Shown one piece after another: positions 33,501-47,047 of a stretch of DNA of 64,000 bases. The stretch is from NCBI RefSeq assembly GCF_011386835.1, contig NC_088807.1:24552001-24616000 (forward strand), given 5' to 3'. Below the pieces are notes generated by a model. The model ran no database searches, was not told the DNA's origin, and saw nothing but the letters and a program-made list of their open reading frames with translations. This DNA comes from Chrysemys picta bellii. Its lineage: Eukaryota. Position numbers and translations under genes: made by a program. The stretch's first letter is position 1. The number at the start of each line of letters is the position of its first letter.

Positions 33501-36113
33501 AACTCATGTTGAGTTGTTTGCTCTAGCTCCCTCCCAGAGCCCTGCTTTCCGGGATCCAGCCCCCATTGTGTAGGTCTGGCCTGACCTCCGAGTTCCTAGA
33601 TGGCAAACCCTGCATTCGGCTGGATTAAAATGCGCCTAGCTCTGGGGAGTGTCCCATTAGCAGTTTGAGAGCCCTGCTGGGACGCTCACTATGTTCTGGG
33701 TCTTACAAGACAGTCGCAGCCGCTGTGTGTATCAGCGGCCGGCATTGTGCCTGGGGGATGTTTAGGAAAGATCTTTGCACCGTGGGGTGAGCGAAGAGTT
33801 TGGCAGGACAGCGGCCAGGGGAGAAACAAACCCGGTTTGGGAGTGGGGATTGCACAAATGTTTTTCCTGTGGAGGACAACCCAAAATCAAGCTTCTTGGC
33901 CAGGTGAGGAACAGCGGCACGTAACGCCACACAGGGATGGCTGGTCCAGCGGTGAGATTCAGCCACCTCTGGGGCAGGACAGCCAGGGAATAGCTACATC
34001 GAACACTGCATGGGGATGGCTTGCCCGGTGGTGAGATGCAGCCACCTCTGGGGTGGGGCAGCTGGGAACAGCCGCACATAACGCCCCACTCCCTGTCGCA
34101 CGGCATCGCCCACCGCCCGGCCCTGCCAGGGGAGAGCGCCCCCAGCTGGACACTCCACACCAATGCCTGCAGCACAGCCTCTGAGCCCCAAGCTTTTGAC
34201 ATGGGGCAGGAGAAATAACGCTGCGTTTTCCACCCTGCCTAGGACGGGCCCCTTCGCTCCCCTAATTGCCAGCGTGCGTTAATTGCTTCTCCTGTGCATC
34301 GTTAACCTCCCGGCAGCCTGGGAAGGGGGGGCCACCCCTCCACAGTGCCAGGGGGCCCAGCTGTCCACACCCCTTCCCCCGCCTCCCCCATTTATACCCC
34401 TCTGCGAGGTGCCAGAGCGGGACCTGCCACCCTTCACTTCGAACGGGGAGGCGTTCAAATCCCCACGTCCGGCCTCGTCTCCGGCTGTCCTTTCCGAGGC
34501 CTTGCAAGCGGCGGGAGGCATTTCTCCATGAAGGGATCTGGTGTGGAGCAGGCAGGTCAGTGGTACCACCTTGCCAGTCAGAGCCAGGGCGGGTAATGCA
34601 GTGCGTGCCGGGGTGGGGGTATGGCCCAGAGGTTCCTTAAGAGCTGAGCCGGGGGGGAAACCGATTTCCCGCGCCTTCGGCCGGACCTAAGAAAGCCGCG
34701 GGGTTTCCTTCGGCTCGAACGAAGCGTTTTCCGGCCCCCGAACCAGAGGTCCCTTTTCTCTCCAATGCCCATTGGCCGAACCGAACCCTCGGACCGTTTT
34801 CATCGCTTGGAAATTTGGGGCCGGGAAGCTGAAATAATTTGGCGACCGTGACGTGAATCCGCGTCGTGGGTGGACTGTCTCAGTCCGGAATCCCACAGCT
34901 CCTTTTCCCGGCTGAGTTCAACGCCGGTCCAGAGCGGGTTGAGATCATATGGAGAAAGGCCGCTTAGCGTGACAGGACCGATCGGCCACACAGCCACGCT
35001 GGTGGGCGCTGATTATCCCCAGCCCACTCCTTTCATTCGTTATTGATCGTTATCCGGATCGGCCACTCCGGGCGTCCCGAAATGGCAGGTGACAAATATC
35101 ACTCTCGGAGGACGGGGGCCACCGGTGAGCACTGGCTGAGAAAACCCCGGGCTCAAGCCCCCATGTCTGTCCATTAGCCTTGGGCAAGATGCTGCACCCG
35201 GTCCCTGCCTCAGTTTCCCCATTTGCCTGCCTCTGAAAGGCAGCCTATTGCGGCTATGAGATATTTAATGGTACTCTTAGAAGCAGGATCTCTGGGAAAA
35301 GCCTCTCTCCACAAATGTAGCCTGAACAATTATGACACCTGTTTATTGGGGTCACAGATCCCCGGTTCTTTTCTGTGGCAGCTCCGTAGCGTTAATTGAG
35401 AGGGTGGAATTTGGGGGAAACACATCCAGAAACTTAATTCTATGCAGACAAGGGGAATGCAAATCAGGAAAGTCAGTAGACATCACAACTGGAATAAGAG
35501 AAGGCCAGTAAAGTGGTTCCTGTCTCGCTTCGGGCATGTTTAAAATGCTACGGAGACCTCTGGAGGCCAAGAGAAGTGGAGCCAAGCCGATTCCGTTCAC
35601 ACTGTCTCAGGCACCTGAGGACAAATGGGAGCCGGGTGTGGGAAGTTAAGGAAGGATGTGAATGGAAAGCGGGTTGGCTATCCCCGATGCCTCCATGTGT
35701 GGACTCTCTTATTCTGGAATAACACGTCCCCTTTTTCTGGATTAGTTTAATCCAGTTCCAAAGTGGGTTAACTCATACGGAGCAAGGCCGATTCGTTTGA
35801 CAGGAGCTGTTCTGCACAAAGCCGCTCCCAGCTCTCAATCAGGGATAATAAGAGTTCCTGGGTGTAGGGTAGATAAAATCCAAATGACTGAGAGGGACTC
35901 TGACCCTGCAGCACCCAAGTACCTTGCGAAATGGAATATCTTGTAGCAGTGAGTTCCACAGGCCAAGCCATATTGCTCCCATACCCCACATTTTGAGGGA
36001 TGCTCCTCTTCTTGGCCCCCTTTGCTCCACAGTTTTACCGTTCAAAACAATTGACCCCACCCCACCAACACAGAACACTTGAATCCAGTTTATAAATAGA
36101 GTGGGGTGGAGCA

Positions 36114-36114
36114 G

Positions 36115-36190
<76 letters not shown>

Positions 36191-37290
36191 GGGGTTGTGT
36201 GAGGATGGATGGACAGATGGGTGTGGGGAGGTGGATAGATGGACAGAGAAGGGTGGATGGATGGACAGACAGGGGTGTGTGGGGGGTGGATGGATAGATA
36301 GAGGGGAGGTGTGGGGATAGATGGGGGCATGAGGATGGATAGATGGGGGGACAGACAGAGGGTTTGGATGGGGGTGGATGGATGGACAGACAGGGGGGTG
36401 GATGGCTAGATAGAGGGGAAGTGTGGGAATAGATAGATGGGGGACAGACAGAGGGTGTGGATGGGGGTGAATGGACAGACAGAGGGTGTGGATGAGGGTG
36501 GATGGATGGACAGACAGGGGGGTGGATGCTAGATAGAGGGGAGGTGTGGGAATAGATAGATGGGGGGCATGCGGATGGATAGATGGGGGGACAGACAGAT
36601 AGCTAGACGGGGTGTGTAGGGATGGATGGACAGACAGAGGGGTGGATTGGGATGGATGGACAGATGGGTGTGTGGGGGTGGATAGATGGACAGACAGAGG
36701 GGGTGGATGGATGGACAGACAGGGGTGTGTGGGGGGGTGGATGGATAGATAGAGGGGAGGTGTGGGAATAGATAGATGGGGGGCATGCGGATGGATAGAT
36801 GGGGGGACAGACAGAGCGTGTGGATGGGGGTGGATGGATGGACAGACAGGGGGGGTGGATGCTAGATAGAGGGGAGGTGTGGGAATAGATAGATGGGGGG
36901 CATGCGGATGGATAGATGGGGGGACAGACAGATAGCTGGAAGGGGTGTGTAGGGATGGACAGACAGACAGAGGGGTGGATTGGGATGGATGGACAGACAG
37001 AGGGTGTGGATGGTGGTGGATGGATGGACAGACAGAGGGTGTGGATGGGGGTGGATGGATGGACAGACAGGGGGGTGGATGGGGGTGGATGGATGGACAG
37101 ACAGGGGGTGTGGATGGGGGTGGATGGATGGACAGACAGGGGGGTGGATGGGGGTGGATGGATGGACAGACAGGGGGGTGGATGGCTAGATAGAGGGGAG
37201 GTGTGGGAATAGATAGTGGGGGCATGCAGATGGATAGATGGGGGGACAGCCAGATAGCTGGAAGGGGTATGTGGGGATTGACGGATGGGG
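36114..37290. repeat. (TAGA)n microsatellite followed by GGAT/GACA compound minisatellite
   Basis: Pure TAGA run 36114-36190, then GGATGGATGGACAGACAGGGGG units. Confidence 0.93.
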
Positions 37291-37413
37291 GGGATCAGTC
37301 ACCAGAAGGGGTGGATGGGGTCCGGCAGGTAGCCCTAGGCTGGAGAGCCCCATGGGCAGGGCATTAGGGGCCAGACCTTTAACTCTGTCCTCCGCTCTTC
37401 CCCCCGCAGGGCC

Positions 37414-38361
37414 ATGGGGCCGGGGAACGGGACCGGCGTCTCCGAGTTCGTCCTGCTGGGCCTCGCCTCCCGCCCGGCCACGCGCCGCCTGCTCTTCCCC
37501 CTCTTCCTGGGCGCTTACCTGGCCACCCTGCTGGGCAACCTGCTGGTGTCCCTGCTGATCCGCCGGGACCCCCGCCTGCGCCGGGCCCCCATGTACTTCT
37601 TCCTGGCCCACCTCTCGCTGGCCGACGTGGGCTTCACCTCGGCCGCGGCCCCCACGGCGCTGGGGACCCTGGCGTTCGGGAGCTGGGCGGTGCCGTACGC
37701 CGCCTGCCTGGCCCAGAACTACGTCTTCATCACCTTCGGGGTGCTGGAGAACTTCCTGCTGGCCGTCATGGCCTACGACCGCTACCTGGCCGTCTGCCGC
37801 CCGCTCCGCTACACCGCCGTGATGAGCCCCGGGCGCCGCTGGGGGCTGGTGGGCACCTCCTGGGGGCTGGCCCAGCTCCACGCCCTGCTGCACACCCTGC
37901 TCCTCGCCCGCCTGCCCTTCCCGGCCCGCCCCCACCTCCGCCACTTCTTCTGCGACCTGCGCCAGCTCCTGGCCCTGGCCGACGGCGACACCAGGCCCAA
38001 CCACGCCGCCGTCTTGGCTGAGGGCAGCATGGCCGTGCTGGGGCCGCTGCTCCTGGTGGCTGGCTCCTACGGGCGCATCGTGGCCACGCTGGCCCGGCTG
38101 CCCGCCGCCCGGGGCTGGCGCCGGGCCCTCTCCACCTGCGGGGCCCACCTGGTCACGGTGGCCCTGTTCTATGGCACCGTCATCGGGCTTTTCTTCCGGC
38201 CCGCCGGCCACTACGCCCCCTGGCGGGACATGGTGGCCACCCTGCTCTACTCCACCGTCACCCCCCTCCTCAACCCCTTCATCTACAGCCTCCGCAACCA
38301 GGAGATGAAGGGGGCTCTCCGGCGGGTGCTGGGGAGGGGGCCGGTGCCCCAGGAAGCCTAG
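37414..38361 (+). CDS. Olfactory receptor, class II, OR1-like (315 aa, intact)
   Basis: NGT, GNLL, PMYFFLAHLSLAD, MAYDRYLAVCRPLRY, HFFCD, SY, ALSTCGAHL, PLLNPFIYSLRN; acceptor CCCCCGCAG 4 nt before ATG. Confidence 0.96.
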   Translation: MGPGNGTGVSEFVLLGLASRPATRRLLFPLFLGAYLATLLGNLLVSLLIRRDPRLRRAPMYFFLAHLSLADVGFTSAAAPTALGTLAFGSWAVPYAACLAQNYVFITFGVLENFLLAVMAYDRYLAVCRPLRYTAVMSPGRRWGLVGTSWGLAQLHALLHTLLLARLPFPARPHLRHFFCDLRQLLALADGDTRPNHAAVLAEGSMAVLGPLLLVAGSYGRIVATLARLPAARGWRRALSTCGAHLVTVALFYGTVIGLFFRPAGHYAPWRDMVATLLYSTVTPLLNPFIYSLRNQEMKGALRRVLGRGPVPQEA

Positions 38362-38469
38362 CCCGGGTGGGAGGAGAGCCGGGGGCCGAGGACACGGGGA
38401 CAGCGAGGGCTTGGGGATAAGGTGGCCGGCGGGGACGTGGGAGGATTGGTCCAGTCCCTCATGCCTGGG

Positions 38470-38695
38470 AGAGGAGTAGGGTCTAGTGGTTAGAGCAGGG
38501 GGGAGCTGGGAGCCAGGACTCCTGGGTTCTCTCCCTGGCTCTGGGAGGGGAGTGGGATCTAGTGCTGAGAGCAGGGGGGGTTGGGAGCCAGGACTCCTGG
38601 GTTCTCTCCCTGGCTCTGGGAGGGGAGTGGGGTCTGGTGGTTAGAGGTGGGGAGCGGGGAGCCAGGACTCCTGGGTTCTCTCCCTGGCCCTGGGC
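38470..38695 (+). repeat. tRNA-SINE-derived 75-bp array (~3 units)
   Basis: Same unit as 4721-5277. Confidence 0.8.
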
Positions 38696-41250
38696 CTGGA
38701 GCAGGGTTTACTGAGTCAGAGGGGCGGGGCTGGGAGTCACAACATGGAAGCAGGTGAATTGCTGCCGCCGATGAGAAGCAGGGGCCCACCCCACTGTATT
38801 ATCCCCCTGCTGCGGCGGAACAGGGCAATGGGTCCATCTAGCCCGGTAGCCCGTCTTCAAGTGGCTGGTGGCAGGGGGAAGTGCAAAGCGCCCTCTGGTG
38901 GGGATTATGAGTTTCCCTGGCCCACCGCGGTAGCGTTCCCCCAAAGTCAGCACGCAGGGGGGCAGTCTGGGCTCGTCTGACTCTGCCCGTCCGGGGCCCC
39001 CACTCCTGGTTTAGGTCTTGTGGCAGAGAGTTCCGCAGGCTGCCGGTGACAATCAAAGGAGTTTCTTTTGTTCCTCATTCGAATCTGTGGCTTTTCCGTG
39101 TCCGCCCGGGGCGGATAAAACCCGCCGTTCCGGTCCGTGGGAAACGCTGACGTTCTGAAGCTTGATTTTATATTTCAAACGCAGCCGAAAAGCCGCAGTT
39201 GCCCCGGAGATGAAAATCCTGAATAATGTTGATTGGCCGCCCCTGGAAATGTCCCATTTCTGCAGTCACCGGCTTTCCTTTCCGTAAGGGAAATCGGTGT
39301 CATTTCAGTAAAGTCCATTTGCCCTGATCCAAATACTGTTATTAACGGTCCAGCCGGGCTAGGAAGGATTCGCTTTTTTAATTGCTCACCGGCGCTAACG
39401 AGGAAAACTGACAGCGGGGCGAAGCGACCCGGGACCCTTTCAGGGTTCGATTTCAGGACATTCCTTTGTCTGTCTTGACACGTGATGTGGACAGTGTGTG
39501 ATTTGACAACGATAAACTTTGATCTTTCGGAATCTCAGCCTCTCCTGTCGTTAACTAATTATCGTCTGACACCCCCCCCCCGCATCATTTGGACACCCCC
39601 AGTCAATTTCCCACAACGGTGGAAATGTACATCAATAAAAACTGGGGGGAGGGCGGAGAGGAGCTAACTGTGGGCAGGCGGGGGACTCGGGGAGGGCGTG
39701 GAGTGGGGGCAGAAAGAGGCGGAACGAGGGGGGGGCCTCGGGAAGGGGGCGGGGACTGAGGACAGGGCCTCGGGGGGAGGGGCAGAATAGGGGCGGGGCC
39801 TCAGGGGTGGAGCATCCCCCAGGGCAAAAATAAAAGTCAGCACCAATGGGATGTATAAATAAGGGAATCGTGAGTAGGAGCAGAGAGGTGATTTGATTGG
39901 GATTCAGCTGGGATCCTAGAAGTCCCTGAGTCACATGCCCCGGGGGAAAATGAATCCTTCCTGACCGCTGCACTGCCCTGAAGCATGAGAGTGGATCCTG
40001 GTCATGGGCTTACTGTCAAGCTGCCAGGATCATGCGTAGGCTGAGGGTTGCTCTCCCATGGCCCACAAAGGGAGGAGACAGCCTGAGGGACCCACAGGAG
40101 GGGATGAGCTAAATGGAAATTGAAGGGAAGGGACGTGGAAGGGCAGAGCTGAGGCATCACCTCGGTCCTGTTTTGGAGTCTCCCCTGTGCAGCTCTGGGT
40201 CCAGAGGAGCACTGGCCAGTGGAGGGGGCCCATTTTATCTCCCTCCCTCCTGTACATGCCGGCTGGCGTCTGGGACAGCCCCAGAGCTTTGCAGTCTCCC
40301 CCATGTTCCTCCCCATCACCGAAATCCCGTCTTAGCCTCTCCCATCAGGGAGCTCGAGCAAAACCGTGTGCTGACCCCCCACACCCACCCCTTCCAGTCC
40401 CGACCTGCCGACGGGTCTCGGGTTTGAAATGTTGAGCTGTGGTGGGAAAACCCAGCCAAAGAGCCCTGAGCCATTCCTAGCCATGACACGCAACCCACTG
40501 GCTGGCCCTGGCCGAGTCCTTGCCCCATCCCTTGCCTCAGTTTCCCCTCCCACCTAGCTCCCCTTCGCTGCCTCTCATTACGTGTCCGTGCAGTGACAAT
40601 TCACCATCCAATGTCCTTCTACACTGGCCTGTCTATCTCCCAGATCCCCATCGAGATCAGGGCCCCATCGTGCCGGGCGCTGCCCAGACCCCAACACCCT
40701 CATGGAGGCGATTTCCCTTGGTTTCCGGAATCGCAGAGACCCATCCTGGAATCCTGGGCCCAGTTCTGGGGAGACCCGGTTTTAAAAGGAGGTTGAAAAT
40801 CGGAGCAGGAGCAGAAGAGAGACGCAAACATGATTCAAGCCCCGTAGAGCCCAACCCAACGGGACCCAGCGACAAGGGGCAGGTCCGGATGGGGCAAACA
40901 ACTGAACCAGCTCGGATCACCTCAGCTCCCCTCCTCCTGTCCCTGCCGGCGGCTGCCAGCCGCTGCCCCCGCGTTAAACTCTGTGGGTGCAGGGCCACGG
41001 CGCCGACTGAAAATAGGGGGGTGTATTTGTAACGGTGAGCGTAGCTGGCCATCGGCATCACCTCCCAAGGGCGGGGATGGGGCTTCCTTCATGGGCAACT
41101 TGTCAAAGCAGCAGGAGGGTTTTTCCTAAACAATCTGCCCTAGGAACTGTTTGGGGGACTTCCTCCAAGCTGTGTAATTCACCCAGGAGGTCAGGAAATC
41201 TACGAGACGGCGCAGAGGGCTGGGCTGGGTCAGGAAATAATTTGACCCCT

Positions 41251-43240
41251 TGGAGCTACGGCCCATGGACCCTAGCTGGGATCTGGCCCCATTGACTCCA
41301 ATGGAGCTACGGCCCATGGACCCCAGCTGGGATCTGCCCCATTGACTCCAATGGAGCTACGGCCCATGGACCCCAGCTGGGATCTGCCCCATTGACTCCA
41401 ATGGAGCTATGGCCCATGGACCCCAGCTGGGATCTGCCCCATTGACTCCAATGGAGCTACGGCCCATGGACCCCAGCTGGGATCTGCCCCATTGACTCCA
41501 ATGGAGCTACGGCCCATGGACCCCAGCTGGGATCTGGCCCCATTGACTCCAATGGAGCTACGGCCCATGGACCCCATCTGGGATCTGCCCCATTGACTCC
41601 AATGGAGCTACGGCCCATGGACCCCAGCTGGGGTCTGCCCCATTGACTTCAATGGAGCTACGGCCCATGGACCCCAGCTGGGATCTGCCCCATTGACTCC
41701 AATGGAGCTACGGCCCATGGACCCCAGCTGGGATCTGCCCCATTGACTCCAATGGAGCTACGGCCCATGGACCCCAGCTGGGATCTGCCCCATTGACTCC
41801 AATGGAGCTACGGCCCATGGACCCCAGCTGGGATCTGCCCCATTGACTCCAGTGGAGCTACGGCCCATGGACCCCAGCTGGGATCTGGCCCCATTGACTC
41901 CAATGGAGCTACGGCCCATGGACCCCAGCTGGGATCTGCCCCATTGACTCCAATGGAGCTACGGCCCATGGACCCCAGCTGGGATCTGCCCCATTGACTC
42001 CAATGGAGCTACGGCCCATGGACCCCAGCTGGGAGCTGGCCCCATTGACTCCAATGGAGCTACGGCCCATTGACCCCAGCTGGGGTCTGCCCCATTGACT
42101 CCAGTGGAGCTACGGCCCATGGACCCCAGCTGGGATCTGGTCCCATTGACTCCAATGGAGCTACGGCCCATGGACCCCAGCTGGGATCTGCCCCATTGTC
42201 TCCAATGAAGCTACGGCCCATGGACCCCAGCTGGGATCTGCCCCATTGACTCCAATGGAGCTACGGCCCATGGACCCCAGCTGGGATCTGCCCCATTGAC
42301 TCCATTGGAGCTACGGCCCATGGACCCCAGCTGGGATCTGCCCCATTGACTCCAATAGAGCTACGGCCCATGGACCCCAGCTGGGATCTGCCCCATTGAC
42401 TCCATTGGAGCTACGGCCCATGGACCCCAGCTGGGATCTGGCCCCATTGACTCCAATGGAGCTACGGCCCATGGACCCCAGCTGGGATCTGCCCCATTGA
42501 CTCCATTGGAGCTACGGCCCATGGACCCCAGCTGGGATCTGGCCCCATTGACTCCAATGGAGCTACGGCCCATGGACCCCAGCTGGGATCTGCCCCATTG
42601 ACTCCAATGGAGCTACGGCCCATGGACCCCAGCTGGGATCTGCCCCATTGTCTCCAATGGAGCCACGTCCCATGGACCCCAGCTGGGATCTGCCCCATTG
42701 ACTCCAATAGAGCTACGGCCCATTGACCCCCAGCTGGGATCTGCCCCATTGACTCCAATGGAGCTACGGCCCATGGACCCCAGCTGGGATCTGCCCCATT
42801 GACTCCAATGGAGCTACGGCCCATGGACCCCAGCTGGGATCTGCCCCATTGACTCCAGTGGAGCTACGGCCCATGGACCCCAGCTGGGATCTGGTCCCAT
42901 TGACTCCAATGGAGCTACGGCCCATGGACCCTAGCTGGGATCTGCCCCATTGTCTCCAATGGAGCTACGGCCCATGGACCCCAGCTGGGATCTGCCCCAT
43001 TGTCTCCAGTGGAGCTACGGCCCATTGACCCCAGCTGGGATCTGCCCCATTGTCTCCAATGGAGCTACGGCCCATGGACCCCAGCTGGGATCTGCCCCAT
43101 TGACTCCATTGGAACTACGGCCCATGGACCCCAGCTGGGATCTGCCCCATTGTCTCCAGTGGAGCTACAGCCCATGGACCCCAGCTGGGATCTGCCCCAT
43201 TGTCTCCAGTGGAGCTACGGCCCATGGACCCCAGCTGGGA
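41251..43240. repeat. 50-bp tandem satellite (~40 units), paralog of 1-2445
   Basis: Same unit and identical 3' junction (GCTGGGAGCTGGCACTT). Confidence 0.97.
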
Positions 43241-44112
43241 GCTGGCACTTCCTTTGTTCTCCTGCTGGTCTCTGCTCGGAGTCCCTTGGGGTCGCCTGTG
43301 TGTGAATAAATCTCCTTGTGGGATCCTGGTTTTGCTGATTCTGTGCTGGAGTCATTCCTGAGCCGTCCTGTTCCTCAGCGCCCGACTCTCCTCCCATCTC
43401 CTGCCCCCTCGGAGAGGGATGTCGCTGCTGCTGCCGGTAGGGGGGTGCAGGCTGGGAGGGGGTGACAGGCACGGCAGGGGCCGAGACAAACCAGGTTTGC
43501 GGAGAGGTTGTGGAATCGGATCCCCTGTTCTGGGGGGCTTAGCTCCTCGGTGCCTGACGTGCGAGGGGCAGGGGACAGAGCCTGGAGCTGTGTGGTTGTG
43601 TGATTGTGTGTTTTGTGTTGTGCTATGAATGGGCAGTTGTGTGCCCGGTGCAGCCGGCTGACAACATTCAGGTGGGGTCAGTTCCCCCCGAGAAAACAGA
43701 CTTTCATCCACGTTCCGTAATGACAGGAACCTTCATTCCGAGAAGGTTAAAAACGTCCTTTCGAGCCCCGCGCAGCTTTTCTCTTGCCTAAAGCGTTTCT
43801 TTTCCTGTTATCCCAGCCCCATAGCTCTGCTACGCTCCTCAGATCACATCCAACAGCCCGTCTTTCCCGGCGACTGGGAACGAGTCGATTTGTGCCCGTA
43901 CCCGTTGATTTCGCGCCAAACAAAGATTTCCAGCGGTAATCACGGGAACGCGCAGGCCGGGCAAGTGAGAAAAACGCGGCTGGCGGACTAAGAGTCGATC
44001 GACGGATACTTTCTTTGCGTCTTTTGAAAGGTGAGGTGAACCGTTTGGGCTTTCGGGGTTCCTATGCCTGTAACGGGCCGAACGTCAGCATCGCTTGTCG
44101 TGAACTGTTTCT

Positions 44113-44290
44113 TTGTGGCACCGTAGAGACTAACAAATTTATTTGGGCATAAGCATTCGTGGGCTGCAGCCCACTTCACCGGCTTTAGCCCACGAAAGCT
44201 TATGCCCAAATAAATTTGCTAGTCTGTAAGGTGCCACAAGGACTCCTCGGGTTTTTTGCTGATACAGACTAGCACGGCCACCACTGAAAC
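44113..44290. mobile_element. Penelope-like inverted-terminus remnant (duplicate of 3321-3497)
   Basis: Arms 44113-44165 and 44187-44239 are reverse-complementary with 4 mismatches. Confidence 0.8.
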
Positions 44291-45507
44291 CTGAGTTCTG
44301 TTTCTGACGCCCCTGCTGGTCTAGCCCCCTCCAATTTCCCGCATTTAAATGGCTCGAATTGGAAAGGAAACCCTTAAAACCACGGCGCGACGTTAGCCGT
44401 CGCAATCATAGAGAAATAACCAAATTGTGCCCGGCCGTTCGGTTGTGCTTTGAGGTTAGCGAAACGAAACGTCTTTCCACAATCGAGGCAAAAAGACGCC
44501 ACCGTTTTTCCGAATTTTTCTTCTCCTGGGGGACGGGGGAGGGGGGGAACCTTTTACAAACTGTCGGGAGTTGCCCCCGAATGGAAATTGGGTTTTCTGA
44601 AATGCTCTGGCGTGGGGGCGGTGTTTGGACGTGTGCGTGTGTGTTGTTTGTAGGCTGTGCCGTGTCTGTGTTTGGGGAGGCGGGTGTGGTGTTGGTGCGT
44701 TCGATCCCAGGGGTCCCTCGCGGTCCCGTGAACCCCACTTCCCAGGGCTCCGTCCCATGTTCTCTGTAACCCCCCAGCCCTGGCAGAAAAGGGAAACGGC
44801 CCCTGTGGGGAATGGGACCAGCGCTCAGAGCCCAGTACATCCCCCCAGTAGGCTCTTTGGGGGCGAGGGACGTGTGATCTCAGCTGTGTGACAAAGGCAC
44901 CAAGAGCTTGGAACGAGGCAGAACCAGGGAGAGAACCCAGGAGTCCTGGCTCCCAGCCCCCTGCTCTAACCACTAGACCCCACACGCCTCACCTTGGAGC
45001 TGCTGGTCTAGTGCTCGGTGCCCTCCACCCGGGCTGTGACCGGTGCCCCCTTGGCAAACCCCTGCCCCGGCGGCTTGAATGGCTTCAGGTCGTAGCCCAT
45101 CAAGAAGGGGGAGAGCGGGACGGACAGCCGGCTCAGGGTGGATGGACCCATGGACACACACACTCACACAGCAGAGAGCCCCCTCCTCAGTGACCGACAA
45201 TCCCACACCAGCGCTCGGCTGGGAGGCCTGGACAGACAGACTCCGGGTCGGGAGGGACAGACAACCAGGCGTCCCTCTCCCCCGACACCGGGCCTAGGAA
45301 CCAGGAGCAGAATGTAGGCCGGTGTCAGGACACCTGGGATCCTGGGGAGGGTCCTGACACCCAGCCTCCCCCCCCTTTGCTCCAACCCGCCAGAGCTGGG
45401 AAGAGAACCCAGGAGTCCTGGCCCCCAGCACCCCCCACTCCCCCAGACACAGTCCAAACACCTTTTCCAGAACTGGAATCAGAATCCTAGAGTATGATTG
45501 TGTGTGA

Positions 45508-45770
45508 GGGCTGGGAGCCCGGACACCTGGGTTCTCTCCCTGGCTATGGGAGGGGAGTAGGGTCTGGTGGTTAGAGCAGGGGGGGCTGGGAGCCAGGACG
45601 CCTGGGTTCTCTCCCTGGCTCTGGGATGGGAGTGGGGTATGGTGGTTAGAGCAGGGGGCTGGGGGCCAGGACTCCTGGGTTCTCTCCCTGGCTCTGGGAG
45701 GGGAGTGGGGTCTGGTGGTTAGAGCAAGGTGGGCTGGGAGCCAGGACTCCTGGGTTCTACTCCCCGGTCT
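45508..45770 (+). repeat. tRNA-SINE-derived 75-bp array (shorter paralog of 4721-5277)
   Basis: Same unit, fewer copies. Confidence 0.8.
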
Positions 45771-45805
45771 TTGACCCGGGCTCCCTGCCTTCTCCCCACA
45801 GCCCC

Positions 45806-46855
45806 ATGGGTTGTGAGAACGGCAGCGAAATCTCCGAGTTCATTCTGTTGGGCCTGTCGTCCCGCCCGGGCCCTCAGCCCTTCCTCGTTCTCCTCTTCCT
45901 CCCGCTCTACGTGGCCGGCGTTCTGGGCAACTCCCTGATGGTGGCTCTGATCACGGTGGACCCCCGGCTCCACAGCCCCATGTACTCCCTCCTCCGCAGC
46001 CTCTCGCTGGTGGACGTGGGCCTGCTCTCGGTCACCGTCCCCCAGGCGCTGGCCCACGCCCTCTCTGGCCACCGGGCCGTGCCCTTCCACGCCTGCCTGG
46101 CCCAGTTCTTTTTCTTCTACGTCTTCGGCGTCTCCGACACGTTGCTCTTGGCCGCCATGGCCCTGGACCGCTACGTGGCCATCTGCGACCCGCTGCGCTA
46201 CCCGGCCGTGATGAGCCCCCGGGTCTGCCGGCGCCTGGTGGCCTCCTGCCTCGGCCTGGCCGTCCTCCACTCCGCCTTCCACGCCGGGCTGCTGCTGAGA
46301 CTCACCTACCGGGGCGGGAACCGGCTGCCCCACTTCTTCTGCGACCACCAGCCCCTGCTACGTCTGTCCTGCTCCCCGACGCGGGTCAACGAGGCGGCCA
46401 TCTTCTTCGAGGGCGGCTTGGTCATCCTGGGGCCCTTTCTCTTCATTGCGGCCAGCTACGCCCGCATCGGCCGGGCCGTGCTCCAGCGGCCGGCCTCGGA
46501 GAGGCGCCGGGCCCTCTCCACCTGCGGCTCCCACCTCACCATGGTGGCTTTGTTCTACGGGGCCATCGTCGGGGTCTACTTCCAGCCCGGGGCCAGCTAC
46601 TCGGCCCCCCGGGGGGCTGTCTTCTCCGTCATGTACACCATTGTCACCCCGGCTGCCAACCCCTTCGTCTACAGCCTGCGCAACAAGGACGTCCAGGGGG
46701 CTCTGCGGAGACTCATGGGGAGGGGGCGGTTTCTCCCAGAAGGCATGAGCCTTGGGGCCCTGGGGAAGGGGACTGGCTGGCTTAGGGGGGCGGGGAATGG
46801 GGCACGGGGCCTGTCCCCTCAAAGAGGTGTCAACTCCCATCCAGCCACAGCATGA
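45806..46855 (+). CDS. Olfactory receptor, OR1-like (349 aa), near-identical paralog of 5318-6367
   Basis: All OR motifs present; two amino-acid differences from the first copy (AVI->ALI, GWA->GRA). Confidence 0.95.
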   Translation: MGCENGSEISEFILLGLSSRPGPQPFLVLLFLPLYVAGVLGNSLMVALITVDPRLHSPMYSLLRSLSLVDVGLLSVTVPQALAHALSGHRAVPFHACLAQFFFFYVFGVSDTLLLAAMALDRYVAICDPLRYPAVMSPRVCRRLVASCLGLAVLHSAFHAGLLLRLTYRGGNRLPHFFCDHQPLLRLSCSPTRVNEAAIFFEGGLVILGPFLFIAASYARIGRAVLQRPASERRRALSTCGSHLTMVALFYGAIVGVYFQPGASYSAPRGAVFSVMYTIVTPAANPFVYSLRNKDVQGALRRLMGRGRFLPEGMSLGALGKGTGWLRGAGNGARGLSPQRGVNSHPATA

Positions 46856-47047
46856 TGGACAGGCTGGCTCAGGGGGGCGGGGAATGGGGCAGGGGGCCTT
46901 TCCCCTCTAGGGGACGCTAGTTCCCATCCAGCCCCAGGGCAGGGGTCTGACTGGCTCAGGCGGGTGGGGAACAGGGCCTTTCCTGTCTGTCCATGATGAA
47001 AATACAGACCTTTAAAGCCTTTGGCCTGATCCAGGCTACATCGTCCC

